NCBI GenBank assembly: GCA_977020255.1
Contig: CDROCS010001209.1
Coordinates: 124,001 to 188,000, forward strand
Length of the DNA stretch: 64,000 bases
Direction: 5' to 3'
Source: Obrimoposthia wandeli
Lineage: Eukaryota
This document shows, piece by piece, positions 1-11,826 of this stretch. The position numbers and the translations under genes were made by a program. The notes beneath the pieces are model-generated. The model did no database searches. It was given only the letters and a program-made list of their open reading frames with translations, and was not told where the DNA came from. Within the stretch, counting starts at the first letter, position 1; each line of letters opens with the position of its first letter.

Positions 1-187
1 ATTCACAGAACCATTAAATGAGTGATATTTCCGGCAAGTTTCGTGTTCTACCTAAAAAGGTCTTTTTATCTAAGGGTGAATTCGCATAATTTCATAAGAC
101 AGTGTCATTGTTCACTATTTTACCCACTATCGTGCTTGAGTTTATAGCCACTCAAAAGTACCATGAAGTCTTAACTAAAAAGGGGAG

Positions 188-1075
188 ATGGACATGTTTT
201 CAGGAAGCATGGTAGCGCTAATAACACCATTAGGTGAGGCTGGAGAAGTAGATTACGTAAGTCTCGCTAATTTGGTTGAATATCATATTGCAGCAGGGAC
301 TGATGCAATTGTTGCTGTAGGCACTTCTGGCGAGTCAGCTACTCTGACCGTTGATGAGCATGTGAAGGTTGTTTTAAAGACGTTAGAATATGCTAAAGGC
401 CGAGTTCAAGTACTTGCAGGTACAGGAGCGAATGCAACGCATGAAGCCATCATTTTTAGTAAACTATTTTCCGGTACTGGTGTTGCAGGTTGTTTAACCG
501 TCACACCGTATTACAATAAACCGACGCAAGAAGGTTTATACCAGCATTATAAAGCCATCGCAGAAGCCACCGATTTACCGCAACTTCTCTATAATGTACC
601 TGGTCGCACAGCCGTGGACCTATTACCTGAAACAGTTGCTCGTCTTGCTAAATTCGAAAATATTGTTGGTATTAAAGATGCGACAGGTGATCTATCTCGA
701 GTTAAAAAAACAAGGGAACTTTGTGGTGAAGACTTCATCCAACTAAGCGGTGATGATGCTACAGGTCTCGATTTTGTTGCTCAGGGTGGTCATGGTGTTA
801 TTTCTGTAACTGCTAATATTGCAGCAGCAGATATGGCAACAATGTTTAAATTGGCATTAAGTGGCCAATTTGAAGCAGCGCAAGAGATTAATGCGCGCTT
901 GATGCCGTTGCATAAAGACCTTTTTGTTGAATCGAATCCAATTCCGGTTAAATGGGCAGCTCATCAATTAGGTTTGATTGAGCATGGCTATTTGCGTTTA
1001 CCGTTAACTGAGTTAAGTGAATCAGCACGTCCAGTTGTTCTTCAGGCTTTGAAAGATGCCAATGTATTACTGTGA
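188..1075 (+). CDS. dapA: 4-hydroxy-tetrahydrodipicolinate synthase
   Basis: 295 aa; GTSGE, PYYNKP, YNVPGRT and GIKDATG motifs of the DapA family. Confidence 0.97.
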   Translation: MDMFSGSMVALITPLGEAGEVDYVSLANLVEYHIAAGTDAIVAVGTSGESATLTVDEHVKVVLKTLEYAKGRVQVLAGTGANATHEAIIFSKLFSGTGVAGCLTVTPYYNKPTQEGLYQHYKAIAEATDLPQLLYNVPGRTAVDLLPETVARLAKFENIVGIKDATGDLSRVKKTRELCGEDFIQLSGDDATGLDFVAQGGHGVISVTANIAAADMATMFKLALSGQFEAAQEINARLMPLHKDLFVESNPIPVKWAAHQLGLIEHGYLRLPLTELSESARPVVLQALKDANVLL

Positions 1076-1106
1076 TTTGCAAAAAGCGTAGGAGCTTAAG
1101 AGCTAG

Positions 1107-2135
1107 ATGAATTGTAATTACAGGCTTGTATTAACTACTGTTATGGTTGCCAGTTTGGCTGCTTGTTCAGGGGGGGCTGATCGCCGTCGCCAAGCGAATC
1201 AAGATTTTACTTATCTTGAGAGTAAGCCACTAGAAAGCTGGACGTTACCTGCAGGAGCCGAACCGTTTAGCACCGATGATTACGCAATTCAGAACAAAGC
1301 GTACCAGGGTGAGATTGGTTCAGGGGTTGATATTCGTCCTCCACAGCAGGTATTAGAGTTAATTCCTGGTGCACGTTCAGTGAAAGATGCGGAAGGTGTA
1401 ACATTGTTGCTCCCGAAAGCAGAAGATCTGCCTAAAGTTTGGTTATTTATTCAAGACATTATTGCAGAGCAAAATGTGGGAATTCGTAATCAAGCTGCAA
1501 ACTCAATTGAAACTGATTGGGTTACGTGGACTAATGAAGATGAAGATACTGAAATTGGTAGCCGTTATTTGATTGAGAAATCATCTGAGTCTAACCGTTA
1601 TCGCTTTAAAATCTCTTTGATTGATTGGCGCGAAGACGGGGTTGAAAAGCCAGTCTCTGTCGTTAATAAAGAGCGTTATAGTATTGCGATGTTGAATTTG
1701 GTGACTGCAAAGTACGATCAGAAAGTGCGTGAAGAAGCACGTTTACGCGCACAAGAGTTGGTTAAACAAATTCCAATATCAATGGGTAAAGACCGAAGTG
1801 GATTACCTGTAATTATTGCGCGTGCACCTTATGATGTATTCTGGGAGCGTCTACCATTGTTGGTGGGAAATCTTGGGTTTACTGTTGAAGGTCGTAACCG
1901 CTCTCAAGGTGTAGTTGAAGTTAAATTCCGCTCGCCTGATGATGCATTCTGGACTGAGCTTGGTACTAAACCCATTATGTTGGATGATAGTACTTATAAA
2001 TTGCAGCTTGGTGATTTAGGTAACCGTACGTCAATTAACGTGACAGATTCAAATGGTAAGCCAATTACAGAAGAAGCATTAAATACGATTGCTCCAGTAT
2101 TTGCTTTAGCTATTGAGCGTGCAAATAACCAGTAG
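1107..2135 (+). CDS. bamC: Outer membrane protein assembly lipoprotein BamC (NlpB)
   Basis: Lipobox LAAC; directly downstream of dapA; 342 aa. Confidence 0.9.
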   Translation: MNCNYRLVLTTVMVASLAACSGGADRRRQANQDFTYLESKPLESWTLPAGAEPFSTDDYAIQNKAYQGEIGSGVDIRPPQQVLELIPGARSVKDAEGVTLLLPKAEDLPKVWLFIQDIIAEQNVGIRNQAANSIETDWVTWTNEDEDTEIGSRYLIEKSSESNRYRFKISLIDWREDGVEKPVSVVNKERYSIAMLNLVTAKYDQKVREEARLRAQELVKQIPISMGKDRSGLPVIIARAPYDVFWERLPLLVGNLGFTVEGRNRSQGVVEVKFRSPDDAFWTELGTKPIMLDDSTYKLQLGDLGNRTSINVTDSNGKPITEEALNTIAPVFALAIERANNQ

Positions 2136-2154
2136 AACAAACGTAGTGAGATAT

Positions 2155-2194
2155 AAAAAAACCGCTTTAGCATGTGCTTAAGCGGTTTTTTTTT
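2155..2194. terminator. Bidirectional intrinsic terminator between convergent bamC and lipA
   Basis: A-tract, accgct..agcggt hairpin, T-tract. Confidence 0.85.
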
Positions 2195-2227
2195 AGGCGC
2201 TAGACATAATGTCGTTCTTGAAGTGTG

Positions 2228-3196
2228 TTACTTAATTTCAAGACCCTGAGCCTGAAGATCAGCATGATAAGATGAGCGAACAAAAGGGCCACATGCAGCA
2301 TGTGTGAAACCTAATTCAAGCGCAATTTCTTTTAGCTCATCAAATTCTGCTGGTGGTACATAACGTTCAACAGGTAAGTGGTGACGACTAGGTGCTAAGT
2401 ACTGACCGAGTGTTAGCATTGTTACACCATGTGCGCGAAGATCTTTCAGTACTTGAATGATTTCTTCTTTTGTTTCACCAAGTCCCATCATAACACCAGA
2501 CTTAGTCGGCACTTCAGGATGGATCTCTTTGAATCTTTTCAGCAAATCAAGTGACCACTGGTAGTTCGCGCCAGGGCGAGCTTTACGGTACAAGCGAGGT
2601 GCTGTTTCAAGGTTGTGATTGAACACATTCGGTGGCGTACCTTGAAGAATATCCAGCGCGCGATCCATTCGACCACGAAAATCGGGTACGAGTGTTTCGA
2701 TATGAATTTCTGGGCTTTTCTCGCGAATTTCACGGATACAATCAACAAAGTGTTGAGCGCCACCATCACGTAGGTCATCACGGTCAACCGAGGTGATAAC
2801 AACGTATTTCAGTTTCATGTCTGCGATTGTTTGAGCTAAATGGCTTGGCTCTTCAGCATTTGGTGGTAGGGGACGACCATGAGCAACATCACAGAATGGG
2901 CAACGACGAGTACAAATCGCACCCAAAATCATGAAGGTAGCAGTACCGTGGTTAAAGCACTCAGCAAGGTTAGGGCAAGATGCTTCTTCACAAACCGAGT
3001 GAAGCTTATTCTTACGCAGTGCTGATTTGATTTCTTGAATACGTTTGCTGTCAGACGGAAGTTTAATTTTCATCCAAGCTGGCTTTCGTAAGACTTCTTT
3101 AGGTGCTTCTTCTGCAACATTACGCACAGGAATTAACGCCATTTTGTCGGCATCACGGTATTTGATACCTTGTTCGATCTTAATTGGTTTGCTCAT
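2228..3196 (-). CDS. lipA: Lipoyl synthase (start reassigned to MSKPIK)
   Basis: [12 protein letters not shown], radical-SAM CTRRCPFC and C-terminal RSSY motifs. Confidence 0.97.
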   Translation of the reverse strand: MSKPIKIEQGIKYRDADKMALIPVRNVAEEAPKEVLRKPAWMKIKLPSDSKRIQEIKSALRKNKLHSVCEEASCPNLAECFNHGTATFMILGAICTRRCPFCDVAHGRPLPPNAEEPSHLAQTIADMKLKYVVITSVDRDDLRDGGAQHFVDCIREIREKSPEIHIETLVPDFRGRMDRALDILQGTPPNVFNHNLETAPRLYRKARPGANYQWSLDLLKRFKEIHPEVPTKSGVMMGLGETKEEIIQVLKDLRAHGVTMLTLGQYLAPSRHHLPVERYVPPAEFDELKEIALELGFTHAACGPFVRSSYHADLQAQGLEIK

Positions 3197-3198
3197 TA

Positions 3199-3843
3199 TT
3201 AATTGCTTTCCGTTATCCACTCAATGCTCTGGTAAGCGAGCAGCTTTGTTAACTCTTCCACAAGTACAGGCTGAACTTTATGTAGTTCTGATGGACCACT
3301 CAATAAGGCTAGTTGAGTCATTTCCATTCCTGCATAACCGCATGGGTTAATGCGTAAAAATGGTGTTAGGTCCATATTTATATTGAGTGCCAAACCGTGA
3401 AAAGAGCAACCACGCCTAATACGTAATCCCAGTGAACATATCTTTTTATTATCGACATAAACACCAGGTGCATCTGGGCGGGCATTGGACTCAATCCCAA
3501 ACTGGGACAGAGTATTAATAACTGTATTTTCGATATGCGTAACCAAATTACGCACACCTAATTTATTGCGTCTTAGATCAATCAGTACGTAAGCAACAAG
3601 CTGACCTGGGCCGTGAAAAGTAACTTGTCCACCACGGTCGCTTTGAATAACGGGAATATCACCGGTATTTAATAAATGCTCGGTTTTACCTGCTTGTCCT
3701 TGTGTAAAGACGGGGTTGTGTTCAACCAACCACACTTCATCCGTTGTTTCTGGCGTACGTTGATCTGTAAATTCATGCATGGCTTGCAAGGTTGGCTCAT
3801 AATCTCGGCGGCCAAGGTTGCGAATGATGAGACTATTTTGCAA
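3199..3843 (-). CDS. lipB: Octanoyltransferase (probable TTG start)
   Basis: [28 protein letters not shown] and NPCG motifs. Confidence 0.96.
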   Translation of the reverse strand: MQNSLIIRNLGRRDYEPTLQAMHEFTDQRTPETTDEVWLVEHNPVFTQGQAGKTEHLLNTGDIPVIQSDRGGQVTFHGPGQLVAYVLIDLRRNKLGVRNLVTHIENTVINTLSQFGIESNARPDAPGVYVDNKKICSLGLRIRRGCSFHGLALNINMDLTPFLRINPCGYAGMEMTQLALLSGPSELHKVQPVLVEELTKLLAYQSIEWITESN

Positions 3844-3929
3844 TTTATCACCCTTATGATAGCCAGGCAAAGCCTGATGAATTCAACATAACACACCATG
3901 TTGGGTGAGCTTTGAGCATATTATAAAGC

Positions 3930-3955
3930 TTGGCAGCTGAATTATCAGCTGCCAA
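3930..3955. terminator. 11-bp hairpin between ybeD and lipB (terminator or processing stem)
   Basis: ttggcagctga-atta-tcagctgccaa; no clear U-tract. Confidence 0.5.
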
Positions 3956-3997
3956 TTTGTAGGGGTATTAGCTTAATCGTTCATAAATCGTGACGAA

Positions 3998-4273
3998 TTA
4001 AAGAACGAGACGAACAATCTCAATGTCACCTAGCTCTTTATAAAGCGTTTCTACCTGTTCGATAGAAGTGGCAGTGATCGTAACCGATACCGCACTATAG
4101 GTACCTTTACCACTTGGTTTAACGGTTGGCGTGTAATCACCAGGTGCGTGACGTTGAATAACTTCTACAACCAGATCTGGCAGCTCAGGTTTATTGTAAC
4201 CCATCACCTTGTATGCAAATGTACAAGGGAACTCTAACAAATCTTTCAATTTAGGTTGTTCTTGTTGCGACAT
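3998..4273 (-). CDS. ybeD: DUF493 family protein YbeD
   Basis: [14 protein letters not shown] and [10 protein letters not shown]; lies between dacA and lipB. Confidence 0.93.
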   Translation of the reverse strand: MSQQEQPKLKDLLEFPCTFAYKVMGYNKPELPDLVVEVIQRHAPGDYTPTVKPSGKGTYSAVSVTITATSIEQVETLYKELGDIEIVRLVL

Positions 4274-4411
4274 GCTTGAACTCCAGCGTTCTTGTTTAAC
4301 TGCAATACCCATATTAGTCAGCATGATCTAATTGGTATAAGGCTGCATATTAATGTGTCAGTAGCTGGAAAACAAGCGCAGTGAAAAGGTGTGTTTAGGT
4401 TAGCTGTAAAG

Positions 4412-4440
4412 AAAAAGGCGACCTTCATGGTCGCCTTTTT
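4412..4440. terminator. Intrinsic terminator after dacA
   Basis: aaaaaggcgacc-ttcat-ggtcgccttttt. Confidence 0.85.
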
Positions 4441-4461
4441 AGATATCTATCGGTTTTATAA

Positions 4462-5637
4462 TCAGTTTAGCCAGCTTTGGAACAACATCATGATGTAATC
4501 AATCAAGCGGCTAAACATTCCGCCTTCATTTACATCATTCAGTGCAACAAGTGGATATTCAGCAATATCTTGATCGCCAACACGGTAAAATAGTTTACCG
4601 ACAACATCGCCTTTAGCGATAGGGGCTTTTAGTTCTTTTTCGAGAACAAAACTCGCTTTTAAATCTTTAGTTTGGCCACGAGGCAGCGTAACAAAAGTAT
4701 CTTCAGTAACACCAAGATTCACTTGATCGATGTCACCCATCCATACTTTTTCAGTTACAAATGTTTCATTCGCCTTGTGTGGCGTCACTGTTTCAAAGAA
4801 GCGGAAACCATAGTTAAGTAACTTTTTACTTTCTGCTTTACGTGCGTTCGCGCTCTTTGTGCCCATAACAACACTGATCAGACGCATTTTTCCTTCATAG
4901 GCAGAAGCAACTAAGCTGTAACCTGCTTGATCAGTATGGCCTGTTTTCATGCCATCGACATTCAGGCTTTTATCCCACAATAGACCATTACGGTTATATT
5001 GAGTGATGCCGTTATACGTAAATGACTTTTCTTTATAGATAGCATATTCGTCAGGCACATCGCGAATAACAGCTTGTGCAAGCGTTGCCATGTCATGTGC
5101 AGTAGAGAAATGATCATCATTATCTAAACCGTGTACATTAACAAAGTGACTGTTTTCCAAGCCGATACGTTTTGCCCAAGCATTCATTAGCTCAACAAAA
5201 GAATCGGTTGACCCCGCAATATGCTCAGCCATCGCGGTACAAGCATCATTACCCGATTGGATGATAATGCCTTTATTCAGTTCTTGAACAGTAACTAACT
5301 TACCTGGTTCTAAAAACATTTTAGATGAGCCAGGGAAATTTTTAGCCCACGCATTGTTGCTAACGGATACTTTGTCATCAAGAGAGATATTGCCACTCTT
5401 GATTTCTTGACCGATAACATAGCTGGTCAGCATCTTGGTTAAACTAGCAGGGTGTAATTTTTCATCTGAATTATTTTCAGCAATGATTTTGCCAGAATTA
5501 TAATCCATTAAAATATAGGCTTTAGCTGCAATTTGAGGTGCCTCAGGGACAACTGTAGGTATAGCAGCGGCAGAAGTGGAAGCTAATATCAGCGCTGAAG
5601 CGATGATAGTTTGAAAAGTTGCAGCAGATTTCTTCAT
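4462..5637 (-). CDS. dacA: D-alanyl-D-alanine carboxypeptidase (PBP5/6)
   Basis: SLTK, SGN and KTG penicillin-binding motifs; signal peptide. Confidence 0.93.
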   Translation of the reverse strand: MKKSAATFQTIIASALILASTSAAAIPTVVPEAPQIAAKAYILMDYNSGKIIAENNSDEKLHPASLTKMLTSYVIGQEIKSGNISLDDKVSVSNNAWAKNFPGSSKMFLEPGKLVTVQELNKGIIIQSGNDACTAMAEHIAGSTDSFVELMNAWAKRIGLENSHFVNVHGLDNDDHFSTAHDMATLAQAVIRDVPDEYAIYKEKSFTYNGITQYNRNGLLWDKSLNVDGMKTGHTDQAGYSLVASAYEGKMRLISVVMGTKSANARKAESKKLLNYGFRFFETVTPHKANETFVTEKVWMGDIDQVNLGVTEDTFVTLPRGQTKDLKASFVLEKELKAPIAKGDVVGKLFYRVGDQDIAEYPLVALNDVNEGGMFSRLIDYIMMLFQSWLN

Positions 5638-5798
5638 GATTATTGTAACTTTATATGACAATGCTAAAAACTTTCCACACTATATCAGATTGAAATTTAT
5701 GAATCAGTGCTAAAAGCTAATATTCCATAATCTTGACATAGTGGCCCATCAACAGTTGATGGGCTTGGAGAGGGTGAATGTTATTTGATTGCTGAAAG

Positions 5799-6704
5799 CT
5801 ACTTTTGTTCCAATTCTCTTTGCGTTGTAATGATAAAAGCTTGTGGATATTGGCCTGCTCTCGCTTTTTCTCTTAGCTTTAATGCTTCATCTCGATCAAT
5901 ATAAGGACCTAAGCGAATACGGTAGACTTGTGCCGATTCTGCTTTTTTAAGATCTACATTAGTTGAAAATTTCTTTTCTAACTCAGTGGCGACGGCTTTA
6001 GCTTTTTCTTCATTGGTTACAGCCGCTAATTGAACAAAGTAGTAATTCGGGTTAGCAGATTGCCATTCATCAACAGAATCAGGTTTAGTGACATTTATTA
6101 GTTCGATTTTTACTGGTGCAGTCCCTGTTTTGATCACGTCTAGTTTAGAGGCTGCTGCCATACTTAGGTCAATGATTCGTCCGTCATGAAATGGACCGCG
6201 ATCATTAACACGGACAATCGTTGATTTACCATTATTCGTATTGGTTACTTTTACGTAGCTTGGCAGTGGTAAGGTTTTGTGGGCCGCTGTCATTGAATAC
6301 ATGTCATAAATTTCACCGTTGGATGTTTTATGGCCATGAAACTTTTCACCGTACCAAGAGGCGTTACCTTGCTCGGTAAAGCCATTTTCAATATGTTCAA
6401 TTTGGTAGCGTTTACCGCGTAAGGTGTAATCTTTATTACCGGCTAAGCTTTTTGATTCATAACGAGGTTGAGCTGCCTCAATATGATCTAGAATCAATGC
6501 TTGATCGGGTGCCTTATCATTTTCTAAGCGGTAACGACCTGCATTCGGATCATTGTTTTCGGGTGTTGCGACTATTGCTGTTGGTGTATTGTTTTTATCT
6601 TGCTCCGTCTTTTGTTCTGGTTCCGTAGTGTTTTGTTCTTTTGTATCTGGCGTCGAGCTACATCCGGCAAGGATTAGGAGAAATGTGAATAATAATGAAC
6701 GCAT
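5799..6704 (-). CDS. rlpA: Septal ring lytic transglycosylase RlpA lipoprotein with SPOR domain
   Basis: Lipobox LAGC; ASWYG, TAAHKTLP and RVNDRGPF motifs. Confidence 0.95.
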   Translation of the reverse strand: MRSLLFTFLLILAGCSSTPDTKEQNTTEPEQKTEQDKNNTPTAIVATPENNDPNAGRYRLENDKAPDQALILDHIEAAQPRYESKSLAGNKDYTLRGKRYQIEHIENGFTEQGNASWYGEKFHGHKTSNGEIYDMYSMTAAHKTLPLPSYVKVTNTNNGKSTIVRVNDRGPFHDGRIIDLSMAAASKLDVIKTGTAPVKIELINVTKPDSVDEWQSANPNYYFVQLAAVTNEEKAKAVATELEKKFSTNVDLKKAESAQVYRIRLGPYIDRDEALKLREKARAGQYPQAFIITTQRELEQK

Positions 6705-7826
6705 TTAGGTCGCCTTTGACAACATTTTTCTATGAGTATGAATAGACATAAGAATGCCAAAACCAGCCATCAGAGTGACCATTGAGGTACCACCATAGCT
6801 GATCAGTGGAAGTGGAACGCCTACAACGGGTAAAATACCGCTTACCATGCCAATGTTTACAAAGACATAAACAAAGAAGCTTAAGACAATACTACCTGCC
6901 ATCATGCGTCCAAAGGCTGTTTGAGCTCGGCTTGCAAGCATGAGGCCTCGGGCAATAATGAATAAGTATATCGATAGTAGACAAGCTACCCCGATTAACC
7001 CCCACTCTTCAGCGATAACGGCAAAAATAAAATCGGTGTGACGCTCTGGTAAAAACTCTAGCTGTGACTGCGTACCTTGCAGCCATCCTTTTCCCATTAA
7101 GCCACCGGAACCAATCGCAATTTTTGATTGGATGATGTGGTAGCCAGCTCCTAGGGGATCTGATTCTGGATTAAAGAGGGTTAATACACGCGTCCGTTGG
7201 TAATCGCGCATTAAAAAGAACCATAAAACAGGTATGAACGCCCCGAGTAGTGTGCCAGCCGCAAAAATAATACGCCAACTCATACCGGATAAAAACAGCA
7301 CGAATACCCCAGACGCGGCGATTAAAATAGAAGTGCCAAGGTCGGGTTGTTTGGCAATTAAAATGGTTGGAACAAAAATTAATACCAAAGCAATAACGAT
7401 ATTAGTAAAAGACGGTGGTAATGGTTTGCTACTAATGAAGCGTGCGACCATTAAAGGCACGGCTAGTTTTATTAATTCAGAGGGTTGGAAGCGAACAAAG
7501 CCTAGATTTAGCCAGCGCTGAGCCCCTTTGGATGCCTCACCAAAGAACAGCACTCCTAGTAGGAGTACTAGACCAACCCCAAATAAATACGGAGCCCAGG
7601 TTTCATAATGACGAGGAGCAATTTGAGCAAGTATAAACATTACACCCAGCGATAAACACATACGAGCGGCTTGACGCTCCATCATGGGTAAGCTTTGACC
7701 ACTGGCACTGTACATCACTAATAGGCCAAAACTCATTAAGGCTAAAATGCCTAACAGTAATGGGAGGTCAAGATGTAAGCGGTCACTTAGTGTGCGTTTA
7801 TTACCGGTTGTAGCCATAATACTCAT
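6705..7826 (-). CDS. mrdB: Rod shape-determining protein RodA
   Basis: SEDS motifs [21 protein letters not shown]. Confidence 0.97.
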   Translation of the reverse strand: MSIMATTGNKRTLSDRLHLDLPLLLGILALMSFGLLVMYSASGQSLPMMERQAARMCLSLGVMFILAQIAPRHYETWAPYLFGVGLVLLLGVLFFGEASKGAQRWLNLGFVRFQPSELIKLAVPLMVARFISSKPLPPSFTNIVIALVLIFVPTILIAKQPDLGTSILIAASGVFVLFLSGMSWRIIFAAGTLLGAFIPVLWFFLMRDYQRTRVLTLFNPESDPLGAGYHIIQSKIAIGSGGLMGKGWLQGTQSQLEFLPERHTDFIFAVIAEEWGLIGVACLLSIYLFIIARGLMLASRAQTAFGRMMAGSIVLSFFVYVFVNIGMVSGILPVVGVPLPLISYGGTSMVTLMAGFGILMSIHTHRKMLSKAT

Positions 7827-9778
7827 TGCGCCACCTCGGCTTGCTGATTGGTGTTATCTTTGCTGTTAGGTGTTGGTGGTTTGAGTAAAATATGGTCAAA
7901 TATCTTACGTGCAATAGGCCCACCATTTGATGAGCCACCACCGGCATTTTCTAATACCATTGCAACAACAACCTCGGGTTTGTCATACGGTGCGAACGCT
8001 GTAAATAGGGCGTGATCGCGAAGATGCTCTTCGAGTTCTGATGCATTGTATTTTTGGTCTTTTGCTAAACCAAATACCTGAGCTGAACCCGATTTCCCGC
8101 CCGCTTTATATTTAGCACCATAGAAGGCACGTCTTGCTGTGCCTCGCACACCGTATAAAACACGATACATACCATCTTTAGCTATCTCCCAGTTTTGATC
8201 TGTTACGCCTGTTATTGGGGCGTATTCATCAAAGGCCGCGAGTGTCTCTGTATTATCATCGATGATACTTTTCAATAAATGCGGCGGGCGTACGACACCT
8301 TGATTGACTAAAACTGTCGTTGCTTTGGCTATTTGTAACGGTGTAGCTGTCCAATAACCTTGACCTATACCCACAGGGATCGTATCACCTTGATACCAAG
8401 GTTGGCGGAAACGCGCTTGTTTCCACTCTCTAGTTGGCATGTTGGCTTTACTTTCTTCATGTATATCAATGCCAGTGTATTCACCGTAACCAAACTTAGT
8501 CATCCAGCTAGACAAACGATCGATACCTAAGTCATAAGCGATTTGATAGAAGAAGGTATCAACAGACTCTTCAATGGCTTTATGAATGTTGACCTTGCCA
8601 TGCCCCCAGCGTAACCAATCACGAAATGGTCGGCTGTTTGAATTGGGTATTTTCCACCATCCGGGATCATTTCGAGTTGTACGTGTGGTAACGACGCCTT
8701 CCGTTAATGCCGCAACGGCAATGAAAGGCTTAACTGTCGATGCTGGTGGGTAAATACCAAGAGTGACGCGGTTTACTAACGGACGATCTTTATTGTTGAG
8801 TAGTGCTTTGTAATTTTTAGTCGAAATACCATGAACAAATAAATTAGGATCGTAACTTGGGCTCGATACCATGGCGATGACCGCTGAGTCGCGCGGATCC
8901 ATGACGACAATAGAACCCCGTTTGAACGTGATGATCTCTTCGCCCGTCTCGGGATCTTGTGTACGAACTGTTAGTTGCTCTTTGACGAAAAGTTGTAGTT
9001 CGATATCAATATTCAATTTGATATCTTGCCCTGGAATGGGGGGGACGTATTTCAAGGTGCGAATGATACGCCCGCGACTGTTTACTTCTACTTCTTGATA
9101 GCCAGATGTGCCGTGAAGTAAATCTTCGTAGTAACGCTCAATGCCTAATTTACCCATATCTCGCGTGGCTTTGTAATTACTGATTTTTTCATCACGTTCA
9201 AGTTTTTGGATATCGCGGTCATTTATTTTTGCAACATAACCTAAGACATGCGTTAACGCATCACCGTAAGGGTAATGACGTTTCAGGTAGGCTTTTACCT
9301 CAACACCGGGGAATTTGTGTTGATTAACCGAGAATAGGGCAACTTGATGTTCAGTTAATTGTTCAAGAATAGGGACTGATTTAAAGCGACGCGTGCGACG
9401 ACGCTCTTTTTTGAAGCGCTCAATATCTTCGCTGGTTACGCTCATTAGGGTCTTGAGGCGTGCAAAGGTATCGTTGAGATCTTCAACTTTATCGGTTGAG
9501 ATCTCAAGCGCATAGACAGGTTGGTTTTCCGCAAGTAATACACCGTTACGATCGTAAATAAGACCACGATTAGGTGCGACAGGTACAATTTTTATGCGGT
9601 TATCATTGGAACGTGTTTGATAGTCATCATGCCCACTGATCTGAATATAGTACAGATTAGTGAGCAATACGCCTATCAGTACGATGATGCCAGCGAATGA
9701 GACAAGAGCACGGCGAAAAAAGAGTGCCGACTCAGCCCGGTGATCGCGGATCTGGGTTCGCTTTTGTCTCATTGACAC
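7823..9778 (-). CDS. mrdA: Penicillin-binding protein 2
   Basis: PASTVK active site, SVD, KSG; N-terminal TM; 4-bp overlap with rodA. Confidence 0.97.
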   Translation of the reverse strand: MSMRQKRTQIRDHRAESALFFRRALVSFAGIIVLIGVLLTNLYYIQISGHDDYQTRSNDNRIKIVPVAPNRGLIYDRNGVLLAENQPVYALEISTDKVEDLNDTFARLKTLMSVTSEDIERFKKERRRTRRFKSVPILEQLTEHQVALFSVNQHKFPGVEVKAYLKRHYPYGDALTHVLGYVAKINDRDIQKLERDEKISNYKATRDMGKLGIERYYEDLLHGTSGYQEVEVNSRGRIIRTLKYVPPIPGQDIKLNIDIELQLFVKEQLTVRTQDPETGEEIITFKRGSIVVMDPRDSAVIAMVSSPSYDPNLFVHGISTKNYKALLNNKDRPLVNRVTLGIYPPASTVKPFIAVAALTEGVVTTRTTRNDPGWWKIPNSNSRPFRDWLRWGHGKVNIHKAIEESVDTFFYQIAYDLGIDRLSSWMTKFGYGEYTGIDIHEESKANMPTREWKQARFRQPWYQGDTIPVGIGQGYWTATPLQIAKATTVLVNQGVVRPPHLLKSIIDDNTETLAAFDEYAPITGVTDQNWEIAKDGMYRVLYGVRGTARRAFYGAKYKAGGKSGSAQVFGLAKDQKYNASELEEHLRDHALFTAFAPYDKPEVVVAMVLENAGGGSSNGGPIARKIFDHILLKPPTPNSKDNTNQQAEVAQ

Positions 9779-10249
9779 TTATTCCCTGTGGTATGGATGA
9801 TTTGCGGTGACACTCCACGCGCGGTATAAACTTTCAGCCATCACAACACGAACTAAAGGGTGGGGAAGTGTCAGTGGAGATAATGACCAGCTTTGTTCAG
9901 CAGCAGCTTTACATGCTGGAGAAAGCCCTTCTGGGCCGCCAATCAAAATCGATACATCACGACCATCAAGTTTCCAGCTATCCAGCTGTTGAGCTAGTTG
10001 TCCTGTATCCCAGCGTTTCCCTGGAATATCAAGCGTCACAATACGGTTACCTTTAGCAACCGTAGCTAACATTGCTTCACCTTCTTTTTGTAAGATGCGT
10101 GCGATGTCAGCATTTTTTCCACGTTTACCAGCAGGAATTTCAATTAGCTCTAACGGCATATCTTTTGGGAAGCGGCGGCTATATTCTTTATAGCCTTCTT
10201 CAACCCATTTAGGCATTTTAGTGCCTACAGCAATCAATTGAAGCTTCAT
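9779..10249 (-). CDS. rlmH: 23S rRNA m3Psi1915 methyltransferase
   Basis: [23 protein letters not shown]. Confidence 0.97.
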   Translation of the reverse strand: MKLQLIAVGTKMPKWVEEGYKEYSRRFPKDMPLELIEIPAGKRGKNADIARILQKEGEAMLATVAKGNRIVTLDIPGKRWDTGQLAQQLDSWKLDGRDVSILIGGPEGLSPACKAAAEQSWSLSPLTLPHPLVRVVMAESLYRAWSVTANHPYHRE

Positions 10250-10255
10250 TATCTG

Positions 10256-10573
10256 TTAGCCCCAAAGCTTCTCCAGCTGATATACGCCACGAGCTTCTTC
10301 TTGCATGATATGAAGCATAACGTTACCCATATCAACGATAACCCAACGGCCTTCTTCTGCACCACTAATACCAAATGGAGGGTAGTCGATCAGTTTGGTT
10401 TCTTTGTCTACGTGATCGGCAATAGATGCAACGTGACGGTTAGATGTACCAGTACATACAACCATGAAATCAGTGATGCTTGATTTACCACGTACATCGA
10501 TAGTTACGATGTCTTGTGCTTTAAGATCGTCAACTTTGTCAACGATAAGATCGTGTAATTCTTGAGTTTGCAA
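10256..10573 (-). CDS. rsfS: Ribosome silencing factor
   Basis: TGTSNRHV, WVIVDMG, YQLEKLW. Confidence 0.95.
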   Translation of the reverse strand: MQTQELHDLIVDKVDDLKAQDIVTIDVRGKSSITDFMVVCTGTSNRHVASIADHVDKETKLIDYPPFGISGAEEGRWVIVDMGNVMLHIMQEEARGVYQLEKLWG

Positions 10574-10794
10574 GTGAGTCGCCTCGGTAGTGTAAATTTG
10601 AAATTATTGGAGCCAGAGTCGATCTGAATCACAATTTAGCGGCGCAGTATACCATGCTCTGCGCGCCTAGCTACAAGCTCATCAAACGCTTTATTGGCTT
10701 TTTCGACTTATTTGTTTTAATGACAATTAAATCAAATGGTTATATTGCTGCTTGATTGAGCTTCAACCGAACAGCTATATTTTATACGGTTATT

Positions 10795-11826
10795 TTAAAA
10801 CTCAGCGTGCATTGTATGGGTATGAATTCCACACATTTCAGCACATAAAGCACTCAGTGCTGGCCAAGGGTTACTGTCGTAATCTGTCTTGACTTGAATT
10901 TCTAATAAGCTTAAGCGTTGCAGTAATTGAATCAGCGTCGTTAAAGGTAAACGGTGTAAAGCACCGATATACACTTCGCGTCGACTTTGCCAGATACGGT
11001 ATTGTTCGAAGATAATATTGAGAGATGTCCCCTTCATCCCCAACTCTTGCATTTTGTAGAGTTGGGTTAGCTCTCGTTGCAATGTTCGAAGTAGAATTGT
11101 CGCTTCAATGCCCTCACCTTGCAATTGTCTTAGTACACGTTGGCTACGTTTTGCTTGGCCAGCTAATACTGCATCAAGTAATTGAAACGGTGTGTAATGG
11201 TTATGACGGCTTAATGATTCTTGTAAGCGAGGAACCGTTAGCTCTCCATCGGGATAGAGAAGAGTGAGCTTCTGCAAACTTTGCGCTAACGCGAGTAGGT
11301 TACCTTCATGCCATTGAGCCAGTAGTACGACAGATTCATGATCAGGCTTCAGCTTAAGCTGTTGGCATCGAGCTTGAATAAACCGAGGTAAGTGGCGAGT
11401 ATCAGGTGTATTACATGGAATATATAAGCTGATATTGTCAAAGGCTTTAAACCATTTGGTACTTTCTTGTTTTTTATTTAAGCGCGGGCCCTGTAGCAGC
11501 AATAAAATATCATCATTAAGGTTGTTTGTTACTTCTAATAAAGCTTTGGCCTGATTTGCATTTAGGCCGGACTCTGGTATTTCTAGCTCAATGATTTGTC
11601 GTGCTGAGAATAAACTCATTGCTTGGCAGCAATTTAATACTTCATTCCAATCTAGTTGATTATCAATCGTAAAAGTATGGCGCTCATGAAAACCCGCTTG
11701 TTGAGCGCACTGTTTTATTTGGTCGGCACATTCTTGCTTAATTAATGGCTCATTACCAAAAAGAAGGAAAGCCTGACGCAGCCCTTTATTTAATTGCTGC
11801 GTCAGTTGTTCTGGGTAAATTCTCAT
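10795..11826 (-). CDS. holA: DNA polymerase III delta subunit
   Basis: 343 aa; LLFGNEPL, HEGNLLAL; follows lptE. Confidence 0.95.
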   Translation of the reverse strand: MRIYPEQLTQQLNKGLRQAFLLFGNEPLIKQECADQIKQCAQQAGFHERHTFTIDNQLDWNEVLNCCQAMSLFSARQIIELEIPESGLNANQAKALLEVTNNLNDDILLLLQGPRLNKKQESTKWFKAFDNISLYIPCNTPDTRHLPRFIQARCQQLKLKPDHESVVLLAQWHEGNLLALAQSLQKLTLLYPDGELTVPRLQESLSRHNHYTPFQLLDAVLAGQAKRSQRVLRQLQGEGIEATILLRTLQRELTQLYKMQELGMKGTSLNIIFEQYRIWQSRREVYIGALHRLPLTTLIQLLQRLSLLEIQVKTDYDSNPWPALSALCAEMCGIHTHTMHAEF

